The notes: generated from the sequence alone by a model not told the origin. A stretch of 64,000 nt of DNA from Leucoraja ocellata (GCA_036785375.1 JAWMAR010001256.1:124001-188000), one strand, 5' to 3'; counted from the stretch's first letter, positions 12,812-24,421 are shown. Numbers and translations: made by a program.

Positions 12812-14727
12812 GGATACTTGTTAATCCTACTTGTCTACAACTATTATTGGCCTCTTTATAACTCCCAGTTTCTTTAGAGTCTAGAAATACAATGTGGAAA
12901 TAGGCCCTCAGCCCATCGAGTCCACCATTGATCACCGGAACACTAGTTCCAAGTTATCCCACTTATGTATGTTATCTCAATGCATCTCACACTATAGGGA
13001 TAATTCGGAGAAGCCAATTAACCTACAAACCTGCATGTCTTTGCATGTCTTTGGAGTGTGGGAGGGAACTAGAGCACCTGGAGAAAACCCACATGGTCAC
13101 AGGAAGAACGTACAAACTCTGCACAGACAGCACCCATAGTCAGGATCGAACCCAGATCTCTGGCGCTGTGAGGCAGCAACTCTATCGCTGTGCTACCTTG
13201 CCACCCAAAGTACTTAAATTATTTTCTGCGCCATTTGTAATCCTTTTGGGCCTTGTCTTTTTTCAACTTCCTGAACCTTTTCATTTTCTTTTTTCATTTT
13301 AACTAAACATCTAATGTCTCATCATCCCAAGTTCCCTATCTGTATCACAGCTGGTGTACTAGATACAGTTCTGGTCACCACACTAAAGGAAGGATTTAGA
13401 GTCATAGACTGATACAGTGTGGAAACAGGCCCTTCGGCCCAACTTGCCCACACCGGCCAACATATCCCAGCTACACTCGTCCCACCTGCCTGCATTTTGC
13501 CCGTAACCCTCCAAACTTGTCTTATCCATCCAGTTAGGAGAGAGGTTCTAATGTTGGAGGCAGGAGGATCATCAAATACACCACGTGGGAAGAATCAGGT
13601 AAGAGGTAGCTTCAATTGTTTCCTCCTGGTGTAAGGATAAGAGATATGTCAGAGTTAGTTGCTCACAGCTGACAACAATGGTAGTGAACCATCTCAATAA
13701 ATGGAACAGCGCCTCGATTATTGTCAGTCCGAAGAAGCAGCCTGATCCAAATCACCTATCCATGTTCTCCAAAAATGTATGACCCTCTGAGTTACTCCAG
13801 CACCGTGTGTCTTTTTGTACAAACCAGCATCTGCAGTTCCTTGTGTCTCCATTTTAAAAGAGCCATTGAGTCTCCACCCACTTCCCGACTCTTGGTTTGT
13901 AGCCTTGTAGTTTGTAGTTCACTTTAGTTTAGCTTAGAGATACAGCGCGGAAACAGGCCCTTCGGCCTACCGAGTCCGCACCGACCAGCGATCCCCGCAC
14001 ATTAACATTATCCCACACACTAGGGACAATTTTACATTTATACCAAGCCAATTAACATACAAACCTATCCATCTTTGGTGTGTGGGAGGAAACCGAATGG
14101 GTGACGGGCGAGAACGTACAAACCATACAGACCAGCACCCGTAGTCAGGATCAAACCGGGGTCTCCGTCACAAAGGGTGGTAGGTGTATGGAACACGCTG
14201 CCAGAGAAGATAGTTGAGGAAGGGACTATTGGAACATTTAAAGAGGTACATGGATAGGACAGATTTAGAGGGATATACTGTAGGTCAAACGCAGTCAGGT
14301 GGGACAAGGGTACATGGGACATGTTGGCCAGTGTGGGCAAGTTGGGCTGAAGGGCCTGTTTCCACGCTGTAAGCCTCTATGACTATTTATCCAGGCTAAT
14401 TATACCCATGGCCCAGAGCTGACCTTCCAGTCATTTCTCATCCTCTGGAGGGGAAGTCACTCACGATGTCTCTGTGTTTGCCCAGATACAACGTGTGCTG
14501 GAGGGGAGAGGTGAGGCTGTGAATCCGCTCACTACCACTCTGTGGTGCGGGCCGTGGGCAGGGGTTTGCAGGAACTTCTCTACCACTGTGTCAGCCCTGA
14601 ATCGGTGGAGAATGTGGAAGGGTCATGCCCTGGGCTGCAAAATGAAAGAACAGAAACTTCAATAGAATTAGGAGCAACGTGGGAACAACCGATAGAGAGG
14701 AAGTATTAAGGCTCGGTCATTTACAAA

Positions 14728-15389
14728 TTTGTAAAGTTTGGGAGAGATCATCCCATGCCAAGAAACTAGACCCAGCGTTGAATAACACCTGCCACTCAAT
14801 CACTGGCTGCTTGAAGCCCACCAACATAAACAACCTGCACCTCCTCGCTGGCATTGCCCCTGCTGATGTGAGACGGGAAGTCGCCAGCCGAGTAGAGATG
14901 ACAAAGGCCACGAGTGATGAACGCCACCTCCTCTACGGACGTGTACCCCCGACCCAACGGCTGAAGTCCAGGAGAAGCTTTCTCAGCCATGTCCAGCCCC
15001 TAATAGCATCACGGGAAGAAACCAGACTCCAACTATGGACAAAAAAGCTTGAGGACGACCCCCCTCCTACTGACATGGGTATCCCTCCTTCTGAAGCCCT
15101 CCCTCCGGGCTCAGAAGCACCATGGGTCCAGTGGAAGACGCTCAACCGCCTGAGAACAGGAACAGGGCGATCAAAAAGCTGCCATGGCCAGATGGGGCTA
15201 TGAAACTGGCCAAACCACCTGTGAATGTGGAGAAGAGGACCATACAATGCAGCACTGCCTTGTCTGCCCCCTACTACCCAACCAGTGCAGCCCAAAGGAT
15301 CTTGCCGTGTTCAATAAAAACGCAAAGGACTGTGTAAAGGAATGGGAAACTGTCATATAACCAACCAGCTTCAAAGACACGAAAAGAAG
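14728..15389 (+). mobile_element. Ingi/Vingi-like LINE 3' fragment
   Basis: WERSSHAKKLD..ITGCLKPT..LAGIAP..WKTLNRLRTG, then frameshifted CECGEEDHTMQHCLVCP zinc knuckle. Tail gacacgaaaagaag; 9-bp TSD atttacaaa at 14719-14727 and 15390-15398. Confidence 0.7.
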
Positions 15390-15913
15390 ATTTACAAAAT
15401 GGTGAATTGTAAATTAGCACACTTGGTATCATGTAGACACAAACAGAATCATTTACATTTGTTATAAAAACCCTACTGCATACTTTAGTAGTGTCAGGGG
15501 TTATGGGGAGAAGGCAGGAGAATAGGGTTGAGAGGGAGAGATAGAATCTATCTTTGCTGATCTATCATAGATCAGCAAAGATTGATTGGCGGAATAGACT
15601 TGATGGGTCTTTTCTGCTCCTAGAACTTATGAAGGTATGAACTATGATGGGGAACAGCGGTGGTGGGGGTGGAAGTTGTTACTGTGACGGGAGACTGGGT
15701 AGGGAGGGGGTTACAGTGAACGGAATGTAGGAGGTTTACTATGATGAGGCAGGAGTAGAGGAGTAGGGTACTGTGAAGCAAGGAACTGCCGATGGTGTTT
15801 TTTTTTATGATCGGAATGTAGGTGAGGGTGAGAAGGGTGGGGAGTAACACCCATTGCGCTGATTATCAGAGCCAGTGTGAATCTTCCACTGATGTACAGC
15901 AAAGATACTAGAA

Positions 15914-18396
15914 GAAGGATGATATTTGTTACATAATGATAAAGCATCTAAGTGAGGAGGGACTCCAAAAGATACTTGCACTATACAACAAGGTGTGGGA
16001 AGAAGGGCGAATACCGGAGAGGTGGAAGGAAGCAATCATTGTGCCTATTAGGAAACCAGGGAAAGATGCAAGTAATCCAGTAAATTATAGACCTATAGCT
16101 TTAACAGCACACATGTGTAAACTGATGGAAAGAATGGTAAATGAAAGATTAATGCATCTAATGGAAGAAAACGGTATAGTGGCTAATTATCAGAGTGGCT
16201 TTAGAAAAGGGAGAGGTACTAATGATCCAGTTCTGTGCTTGGAAGATGATATAAGGAAAGCACAAGTTAAAAAAGAATCTGTGGTTACTGTATTTTTTGA
16301 TGTAGAGAAGGCTTATGATATGTTGTGGAGAGAAGGTCTTCTAATAAAGCTCCATTTAATGGGAGTAGGAGGAAATATTTTTAACTGGATAATGGATTTT
16401 CTTAACGGTAGAAGTATCCAAGTTAAAATAGGGTCAGACATCTCTAGTAAATGTGTAGTCGAGAATGGAACTCCCCAGGGAAGTGCGATAAGCCCGATCC
16501 TATTCTCAGTCATGATCAATGATATATTTGCAAACATTCAGCCAGAGATGGGGCGATCGCTCTTTGCAGATGATGGCAGCCTATGGAGAAGGGGGAGGAA
16601 TATAGATTTTATCGTGGAAAAAGTACAGCAAGGGATAGCCCAGGTGGAAGAGTGGGGAGTGAAATGGGGTTTTAAATTCTCTATAGAGAAGACAAAGACA
16701 ATGGTTTTCACAAGGAAGAAAATTAAAGAGGATGTCCAGTTAAAACTATACGGCAACAATTTGGAAAGAGTAAAAGATTTCCGTTTCCTGGGAGTCCACT
16801 TTGACTCCAGATTAACATGGAGGGTCCACATTACAAAAATAATTGGAAAATGCAAAAAAGCCATCAATGTAATGAGATGCTTGACAGGTTTAGAGTGGGG
16901 AGCAGATATATTATCGCTTAAACATATCTATGTATCACTGATCAGATCCAGACTAGAGTATGGCAGTATAGCTTATGGATCAGCATCTAAGTCGGTGTTG
17001 TCCGAGTTGGATAAAGTCCAAGCGGAAGCTCTAAGAATCTGTATAGGAGGTGTGCGGACGTCACCTGTATGTGCACTACAGGTGGAAACTGGGGAGATGC
17101 CGTTGAGACTGCGCCGCAGACAACTAATGGCTAATTACTGGCTAAGCCTTAAGGGTCATGGAGAGAACCACCCAACAAAACAGGTAGTACAGGAGTGCTG
17201 GGAGAGAGGGGTGGCTCAGTCTGGAAGCTTCGGCTGGGTTGGAGGAGGTGTGGCAAGGGACATGGAAGTAGAGGACAAAGAGTTCTGCCCTGCAGTATTG
17301 TGGCCATCTGTCCCAATATGGTTACTGAACATCCCAAAAGTTGATCTGGAGATATGGGAGGCAAAAAGGAGGGAGGAAAATTCGGACCTAAAAACAGAAT
17401 ACCATAACCATATATATAATAGATACAGGGAACACCTCTTAATCTTCACAGATGGATCAAAGGACCAGTAGCTGAAACAACAGGAGCAGCTGTGGTAGTG
17501 CAAGGGTTGAATGTTGAGATTTGCAAAAGAACAAATAATTATTTGGCAGTATATACAGTGGAACTGTACGCTATTTTGATGGCAGTTCGGTGGATCGAAC
17601 AGGTGCAACCATGCAAAATATTAATTTGTAGCGACTCATTGTCTGCAATCCAGAGTATTGGGTCTGGTGCGTCCCATAGGCGGCCTGACCTAGTGTATGA
17701 AATTCTACTACTATTAAGCCAAGTAACAAGGAGGGGCAGTGATGTGACTTTGTTGTGGGTCCCAGCACACATTGGTGTGCTAGGAAATGAAAAAGTGGAT
17801 AAATTAGCAAAAGAGGCCGTTAAAAAAGAGAACATAGAGGTAAACCTACAATTATCCAAATCTGAAGGAAGACACATTGTGTGGAAGAAAATAAATCAGG
17901 AATGGCAACAATACTGGGAACAGGAGACAAAGGGGAGACACCTCTATTCGCTACAAAACAGAGTGGTCATTACAGCAAGAAGAGGGGGGAACAGGAGAGA
18001 ACAGGTAGTATTAGCAAGATTGAGGATAGGACACACCCACCTGAACAGCACATTAAAAATGTTGGGAAAACACCCTACTGGGATGTGTGAGGAATGCCAT
18101 CAGCCGGAAACAGTTCAGCATGCTCTAGTTGCATGTAGAAGATATGCAACTGAAAGAAGAGTTTTGATCAATGAAATGAAGAAAATTGGAATGACAGATA
18201 TATCAGAAAAGAACATTCTAAAGTATGGAGGGGAAGGAAAAGGAGTAAAGTTGTTGTTTAATTTCTTGAGGGCCTCTGGCCTTATAAAAAGGATATAAAG
18301 ACATGAGGACTGTGGAGTGAAGCCAGAAGGAGGCAGCAATGCAACATTGTGGATGCCGGCTGCCGTAAAACTCCAAAGAAGAAGAAGAAGAAGAAG
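15914..18396 (+). mobile_element. 5'-truncated Nimb/I-group LINE (RT + RNase H + CCHC), young
   Basis: ORFs 15936-17471 (YRPIAL, FFDVEKAYD, GTPQGS, FADD, IFTDGSK) and 17492-18298 (RNase H WVPAHIGVLGNEKVD; CEECHQPETVQHALVAC). (GAA)n tail; 13-bp TSD aaagatactagaa at 15901-15913 and 18397-18409. Confidence 0.9.
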
Positions 18397-18878
18397 AAAG
18401 ATACTAGAATCTTTGGTCTACAGAATTTTTGTTTGTGGGCTGTGGGAGCGCTGTGTTCATTTGGACGGGCGGTGATCGGAGAGGCAGCAGGCGCCGAGGG
18501 TCGCAGTCATGGTCTCTACACTCACTTCAAGCGGGAGATACCTTCACCTCGTCTTGTTCGTATTCACGTTAACAAGTTAGTACAATCCTCATATCAAATG
18601 GCATTCTCCCATGGCATGTAGCATTTTTATTTCATGGCCAAGCTATTAAGCGGAGCTCAATAATCAGCGGGGGGATATCTTGTCATTTATTAATATCCAA
18701 ACAAAAAGTAGGAATGTAAAAATCAAGCATGTAATTTATCCCATCAGATAAAGCATAAAAAGAACTTTAATTTGATACCTAATTCACTTTCAGATCTTCA
18801 GTATTAAAAATGTTATGGCCATTTTCATACTCGGAAATTAGTATCTTGTTCCCTATTGCTTTTCCAATGACTTAACAC

Positions 18879-19087
18879 NNNNNNNNNNNNNNNNNNNNNN
18901 NNNNNNNNNNNNNNNNNNNNNNNNNNNNNNNNNNNNNNNNNNNNNNNNNNNNNNNNNNNNNNNNNNNNNNNNNNNNNNNNNNNNNNNNNNNNNNNNNNNN
19001 NNNNNNNNNNNNNNNNNNNNNNNNNNNNNNNNNNNNNNNNNNNNNNNNNNNNNNNNNNNNNNNNNNNNNNNNNNNNNNNNNNNNNNN
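18879..19087. other. Assembly gap (209 N)
   Basis: Run of N. Confidence 1.
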
Positions 19088-19685
19088 TCCTCTCCCTCTC
19101 CCCCTCCTCTCCCCTCTCCCCACCCCGTCTCCCCCTCCCCCCTCTCACCCCTCCCCCCCTGTGTGTGTGGGGGGTGGTTAATGTGCATGTGACGCTGAAT
19201 GCCACCGATACCGCGCATTGGGGGAACCCGTTATTCCAGCTGTGATGCCCGTTCACCGCCCCGCCCGCCACATCTGCAGCCAAATCCCTCTCCCTCGTTG
19301 GCATTTTATAACCTTGTTACTATAAACACATGTCTTGTATATATAACAAACACCTTTAATTATTTCCCTGTACGAAATACCAGATGTGCCTTTTATTTTA
19401 TAATTCTATTCTCAATGCACCTGTTAACCTTAATGCTAAGCTCAAATGTATTGTTTATAGACAATAGGTGCAGGAGTAGGCCATTCGGCCCTTCGAGCCA
19501 GCACCGCCATTCAATGTGATCATGGCTGATCATCCCTAATCAGTACCAATCTCTATACTTATAAAACTCTGATCTTGGATGTGTATGTATTTATGCAATG
19601 TTCGTGTGCGTTTCCCCGTTTGTTACTTCCCGTTTTTGTCCGGTACTAAATTCTTTACAATTTTAAACGTTTGCGGTTATTTAAT

Positions 19686-20655
19686 CTTTAAATTCACCAG
19701 AATCAAAAATCTCTATCTTTCCAGAAAGCACTGTACCATCTACAAGTTCAGAGGCAACTACAACAGCTTCAAGCATCACATCAGTTCCCACATCAAGGAC
19801 AGTAGAAACAACTGCAGGCAACACAAGTGCATCTTCAACTGAAGCTACCACCACCTTCGTGATCGCAATTACACCCACCGGTGAGTCCAGGATGCAACAG
19901 TAATACAAAATAAATATGTTCCTTACTCATCCAGTGAATAAGAATCGTTACAGTAGAACAAGTTAACATGGATTGGCCATGTGTGCTCCATGGCATATAC
20001 TGTTGGCCTATCTTCTGTCAAACACACCACAGATTTTGTTTCCAAATTCTTTGGTCCTTTGAAAACAAATGTGGTCAATTTTCCAGAAACTTGAAGAAAA
20101 TTATCATGTTGTTACAAAAATAAGGCAAAATTGGAGTTCAATACATTTTCTGCCCTAATAACACCAGTCTTTAAATTTACCAGAATCAAAATTCATCACC
20201 GTACCAGAAAGCACTGTACCATCTACAAGTTCAGAGGCAACTACAACAGCTTCAAGCACGTGCATCTTCAACTGAAGCTACCACCACCTTCGTGATCGCA
20301 CCAATTACACCCACCGGTGAGTCCGGTATGCAAGAGTAAAACAAAATAAATATGTTCCTTACTCATCCAGTGAATAAGAATCGTTACAGTAGAACAAGTT
20401 AACATGGATTGGCCATGTGTGTTCCATGGCATATACTGTTGGCCTATCTTCTGTCACCACAGATTTTGTTTCCAAATTCTTTGGTCCCTTGAAAACAAAT
20501 GTGGTCTATTTTCCAGAATATTGAAGAATATTCATGTTGATACAAAATAAGGCAAAATTGTAGTTCAATATATTTCCTGCCCTAACAACTTCAGTCTTTA
20601 AATTTACCTGAATCAAAAATCTCCACCTTTCCAGAAACCACAGTACCATCTACAA
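19686..20655 (+). repeat. Tandem repeat of mucin exon + intron (~430-480 bp unit, 2.1 copies)
   Basis: Units start at ~19686, 20169 and 20596. Copy 2 exon (20184-20316) has a frameshifting deletion; copy 3 is truncated. Confidence 0.85.
19701..19880 (+). other. Ser/Thr-rich mucin-like exon (intact copy 1; alternative in-frame acceptor at 19724)
   Basis: cag|AATCA...ACC G|gtgagt; 180 nt, phase 1-1; SKISIFPESTVPSTSSEATTTASSITSVPTSRTVETTAGNTSASSTEATTTFVIAITPT. Confidence 0.65.
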
Positions 20656-21130
20656 ATGTGTGTGTGTGGGGGGGGGGGGGGGGGGGTGGTTTGTGTGCGT
20701 GTGAAACCGCAGCACACACACCCCTCCCCCTCTTCCTCTCTCTCTCTCGTTGGGGATCTATACTTGGTCTAGTATATATTTAAAATGTTGAAGATGTTTT
20801 AGTCGCATTTAAGATTAATCCTGCGTCGCAATCGTCCGGCAATTTTTTTAAAAACGCGAACGGAAGCGCGAACGATTTTTCTTCATCAGGTAGCAGCCCG
20901 AGGAAATCCCTCTCCGACAACCAATATAAACCTGCATTTTAATCCCACCCCAAAGCCACCGGAATCGCACGCGCCGGCAGTGGCAGATTTGTAGCGCCGC
21001 TGATGGTAGGTTTTGTAACAACGCTACGATAGCAGATGATTGCTTATTTTTGGTGGCGTGAAGCAGGGACGCAGTGGGAGAGGGACGCAGGGACTCTGTG
21101 ATCACGCCATTACCAGCACCGGAGCAGCTA

Positions 21131-21523
21131 GTGTGTGCGTATATGTGTGAGAGTGAGTGTGCACGTGCTTAAGTGTGCGAGCATGTGGAATGTGTACGTG
21201 AGGGTGAGTGTGTATGTGTATGAATGTGTGTGTGAGTGAGGATATATGAGTGTGCGAGAGAATAGATGTGTGCGTGTGTGATAGTGATGAATGTGTGTGT
21301 AACTGTGAGTGTGTGTGATTGTGAGAGCATGTGTGAGTGCACGTGTGTTTGTGTAAGTGAGTGCGTGTGTGAGTGAGAGGGTGTGTGTGAGTGTGCTTAT
21401 GAGTGTTTGTGGATGTGTGTGTGTGGATGTGTGAAAGAGAGAGTGAGTGTGAATGTTCGTGTGAGAGTAAGTGTGTGAGTGTAAGTGTGTGAGAGTAAGT
21501 GAGTGAGTGAGTGAGTGAGTGAG
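21131..21523. repeat. Degenerate (GT/GA)n low-complexity tract
   Basis: Seen directly; it produces the spurious His/Thr-rich ORFs. Confidence 0.95.
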
Positions 21524-22330
21524 TACCTGTGGACCGGGGCCTCTGGGCCGCCGGGCAGTGAGCATCACGGACGGGGGGAGGTCTCGTCTCCAGCCCCGGC
21601 AGTGATGCCTGTTCCACACGGGAACGGGGACCCGCTGCCCCGGCGGGTCAGAAACATCACCGGCTTTCCATCTGGAAGGAAGTTTGAACATGTTTTTTCA
21701 GAGGATTTAAATGTGATTCTCTTGTGATTTAAATGTTTGCCTGGAATGCATTTTGCCTGAAGGGTCCCGCCTGTCTGTTCCTTCCACACACGCTGCCTGA
21801 GCTGCTGAATTAACAATGGCCCGTTTCCTTTATCATTGTCACGTTTTTTGCATATCTTTCATCCGTTTGTTCTAAATCTCTCGTTTCCCTTTCTCCTGAC
21901 TGTCTGCAGAAGGGTCTCGACCCGAAACTTCACCTCTTCCTTTTCTCAAGAGAGGCTGCCTGACTCGCTGGGTTACTCCAGCATTTTGTGTCTATCTTTA
22001 AAAAAAAAGCATGTACAGTGTTGATATGGAACTCCGCCTTGTAAAATCACTTCATTCGTTTCTCTGTTGTCAAACTCTTTATTCTACTGTATATTCAACA
22101 CTTGCTAAACAGAAACATTCTTTACTTCAACACCGGGAAATGTTAAGAATCACCTCAGTCTCTAACACCGACTCCCAGTTCCTGAAGTTATAAAATTCGT
22201 AGAAAAATAACATTTTATTGGTTTGTGAGTAATTAGAAATGACTCTTTTAGATCAAGAAATTACCTTGATTTTGCCCTTTGTTTAAATGGATTCTGTATC
22301 TCTGTACTTATTGTGTTTTTTCTCTGACAG

Positions 22331-22606
22331 CTAAAGGGAATGGATTTGAGGTTCAGATAAACACAGACACTCCAGCTGTGGAAATCGGGGGCTCTTTGAA
22401 TGTGACCTGCAGAACCACATGTTTAAATCCTGAAATAAACATGGAACTAAAACCAGGGCTAGATAAATACTGCAATAAAGTTAACAACTCAAAGACATGC
22501 CAAATCCCAAATGTGAAGAGGTGGGATTTACCAATGGTTTGCAGTGTATCGTGCGAATCTGAAAGCAATACTCCAGTTGAGGCCAAAACAGTGATCATTG
22601 TGTACA
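22331..22606 (+). CDS. ICAM-like gene copy B, N-terminal Ig domain D1 exon
   Basis: Acceptor tttttctctgacag ends at 22330; donor TAC A|gtaagt. 276 nt, phase 1-1. Carries the CxxxC...CxxxC double-disulfide signature of ICAM/VCAM/MAdCAM D1 (VTCRTTC...VCSVSC) and NVKRWD like ICAM-4 DVRAWS. Confidence 0.9.
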
Positions 22607-24106
22607 GTAAGTGTAATTTCTTATTCTAACCGGTATAGGAGAGTTGGGCCGAAGGGCCTGTTTCCACTGTATCACTCTATAACCATTTGCTAGCAGAATA
22701 ATATGCAGAACCGGACAGCACAGTGGCGCAGCAGTAGAGTCGCTGCCTTACAGCGCCAGAGACATGGATTTGATCCTGACTACGAGTTTGTAGGTTTTCC
22801 CCGTAACCTGCATGGGGTTTCTCCGGGTGCTCCGGATTCCTCCCACACTCCAGGCTTGTAGGTTAATTACTGTCAGTAAAACTGTAAATTGTCCCTAGTG
22901 TGTGTAGGATAGTGCTAGTGTGCAGGGATCACTGATCGGCACGGACTCAAGAGCCTGTTTCCCTAAACTAAACTAAACAAAAAGCTTTGAAAACTTGTGA
23001 TCACAGTGTATAATAAGCGAAACCTCTTATTCTAAAATGTTAATTAATTAGTTACATAGGTAACATTGCAGAATATCAAGTATAGTCTTCCCGGTGACTA
23101 GTCAGCACACAACAAATGCTTCTCTCTGTACTTTGGTACACGTGACAATAAACTAAACTCAAACTCTGAATGTGTAGGAAGGAACTGCAGATGCTGGTTT
23201 AAACTGAAGATAGACACAAAATGCTGGAGTAAGTCAGCGGAACAGGCAGTATCTCTGCAGAGAAGGAATGGGTGATGTTTCGGGTTGAGTCTCTTCTTCA
23301 GACTGATGTCGGGGGAGAGAGAGGTACATAGATAAGGAAGTGAAAGGTGTGAAAACAGGACAAAGGGAATGGAGAGCAAGGAAAATTTAGAATAAATAAT
23401 GTAGAATGTAATGTAGAATAGATGGGTTAATTGGCCTCTGTAAATTGCCATTATTGTGTAGGGAGTGGATGAGAAAGTGGGATGACGTGGAACTCGTATG
23501 AACAGGTGATTGATGGTCGGATTGGAGTCAGTAAACTGAAGGGCCTGTTTCCATGCTGCATCTCTGAATTAAACTAAATCTGAAATACTAGAAACACAGC
23601 AGTCCAACCAGCATCTGTGGGGAGAGAACATTTAAGTTCTTGCTTACAATTTAGATTTGTTTAGATCAGCTTAGAGGTACAGTGCGGAAACAGGCCCTTC
23701 GACCTACCAAGTACATAAGGACCAGCGATCCCGGCACACTATCACTATCCTACACACACTCGGGACAATTTACACTTATACCAAGCCAATTAACCTCCAA
23801 ATCTGTACCTCTTTGAAATGTGGGAGGAAACCAAAGATATTGGAGAAAGCTAATGTGGTCATGGGGAGAACTTACAAACTCCATATTGACAGCACCCGTA
23901 TTCTAGATCAAACCCGGGTCTATGGTGCTGTAAGGCAGCAACTCTACCACTGCACCACTGTGCCACCCTAAATATTGAAGAACATATGTACATTCATGCT
24001 GTGTGTATATCACTTGAATAATCGGTGAATATGAGATGAGGTGGGACAAATACTATTCAGGTTCATTATTTCAGTGAATTTTATTAACATGATTCTCCTT
24101 CAACAG

Positions 24107-24421
24107 ATCGAGATCTTGTCATTGCACCACATCCAAAGGTGATGGAAATTAACAAAACATATCAGCTTAATTGCACCGGTCCAAGAGTGTATCCAAACAA
24201 CAAGCTCCATCTCAAGTGGCTCAGAGGGAGCAAAGTTGTGAAGTCAGTTAACCCAACGGAACAAAAGTTTCCAGAAGATGTGACTCCGGTGGTCAATATT
24301 CTCAATCTCAATGCAAGCATGGCTGAGGATGGACAAGTGTACACATGCTTGGCAGAGCTGGACTTGGACACAAATACCACAAAAGAAATCGAATCCTCCT
24401 CCGTGACTCTGCAAACATACT
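24107..24421 (+). CDS. ICAM-like gene copy B, Ig domain D2 exon
   Basis: Acceptor ttctccttcaacag ends at 24106; donor TAC T|gtgagt. 315 nt, phase 1-1. YQLNC...VYP...WLRG...EDGQVYTCLAELDL matches ICAM/VCAM D2 (ICAM-1 CRTELDL, VCAM-1 VYP). Confidence 0.9.

Larger units (their letters stand above)
19550..20772 (+). mobile_element. Putative non-autonomous Helitron carrying captured exon-intron units
   Basis: A|TCTCTATACTTATAAAACTCTGATCTTG at the 5' end and ...TACTTGGTCTAG|T at the 3' end (A/T target, no TSD). It truncates a CR1 tail on the left. No clear subterminal hairpin. Confidence 0.55.

Noticed and set aside
18825-19304. ORFs spanning the N run
   Set aside because: Artefacts of the assembly gap.
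21102-21691. Long His/Thr-rich minus-strand ORFs
   Set aside because: Translation of a GT/GA microsatellite.
22287-22334. ATG GAT TCT... (MDSVSLYLLCFF) as an unspliced signal peptide for D1
   Set aside because: Out of frame with D1 (needs a 1-nt deletion in a T run), and it coincides with a canonical polypyrimidine acceptor.
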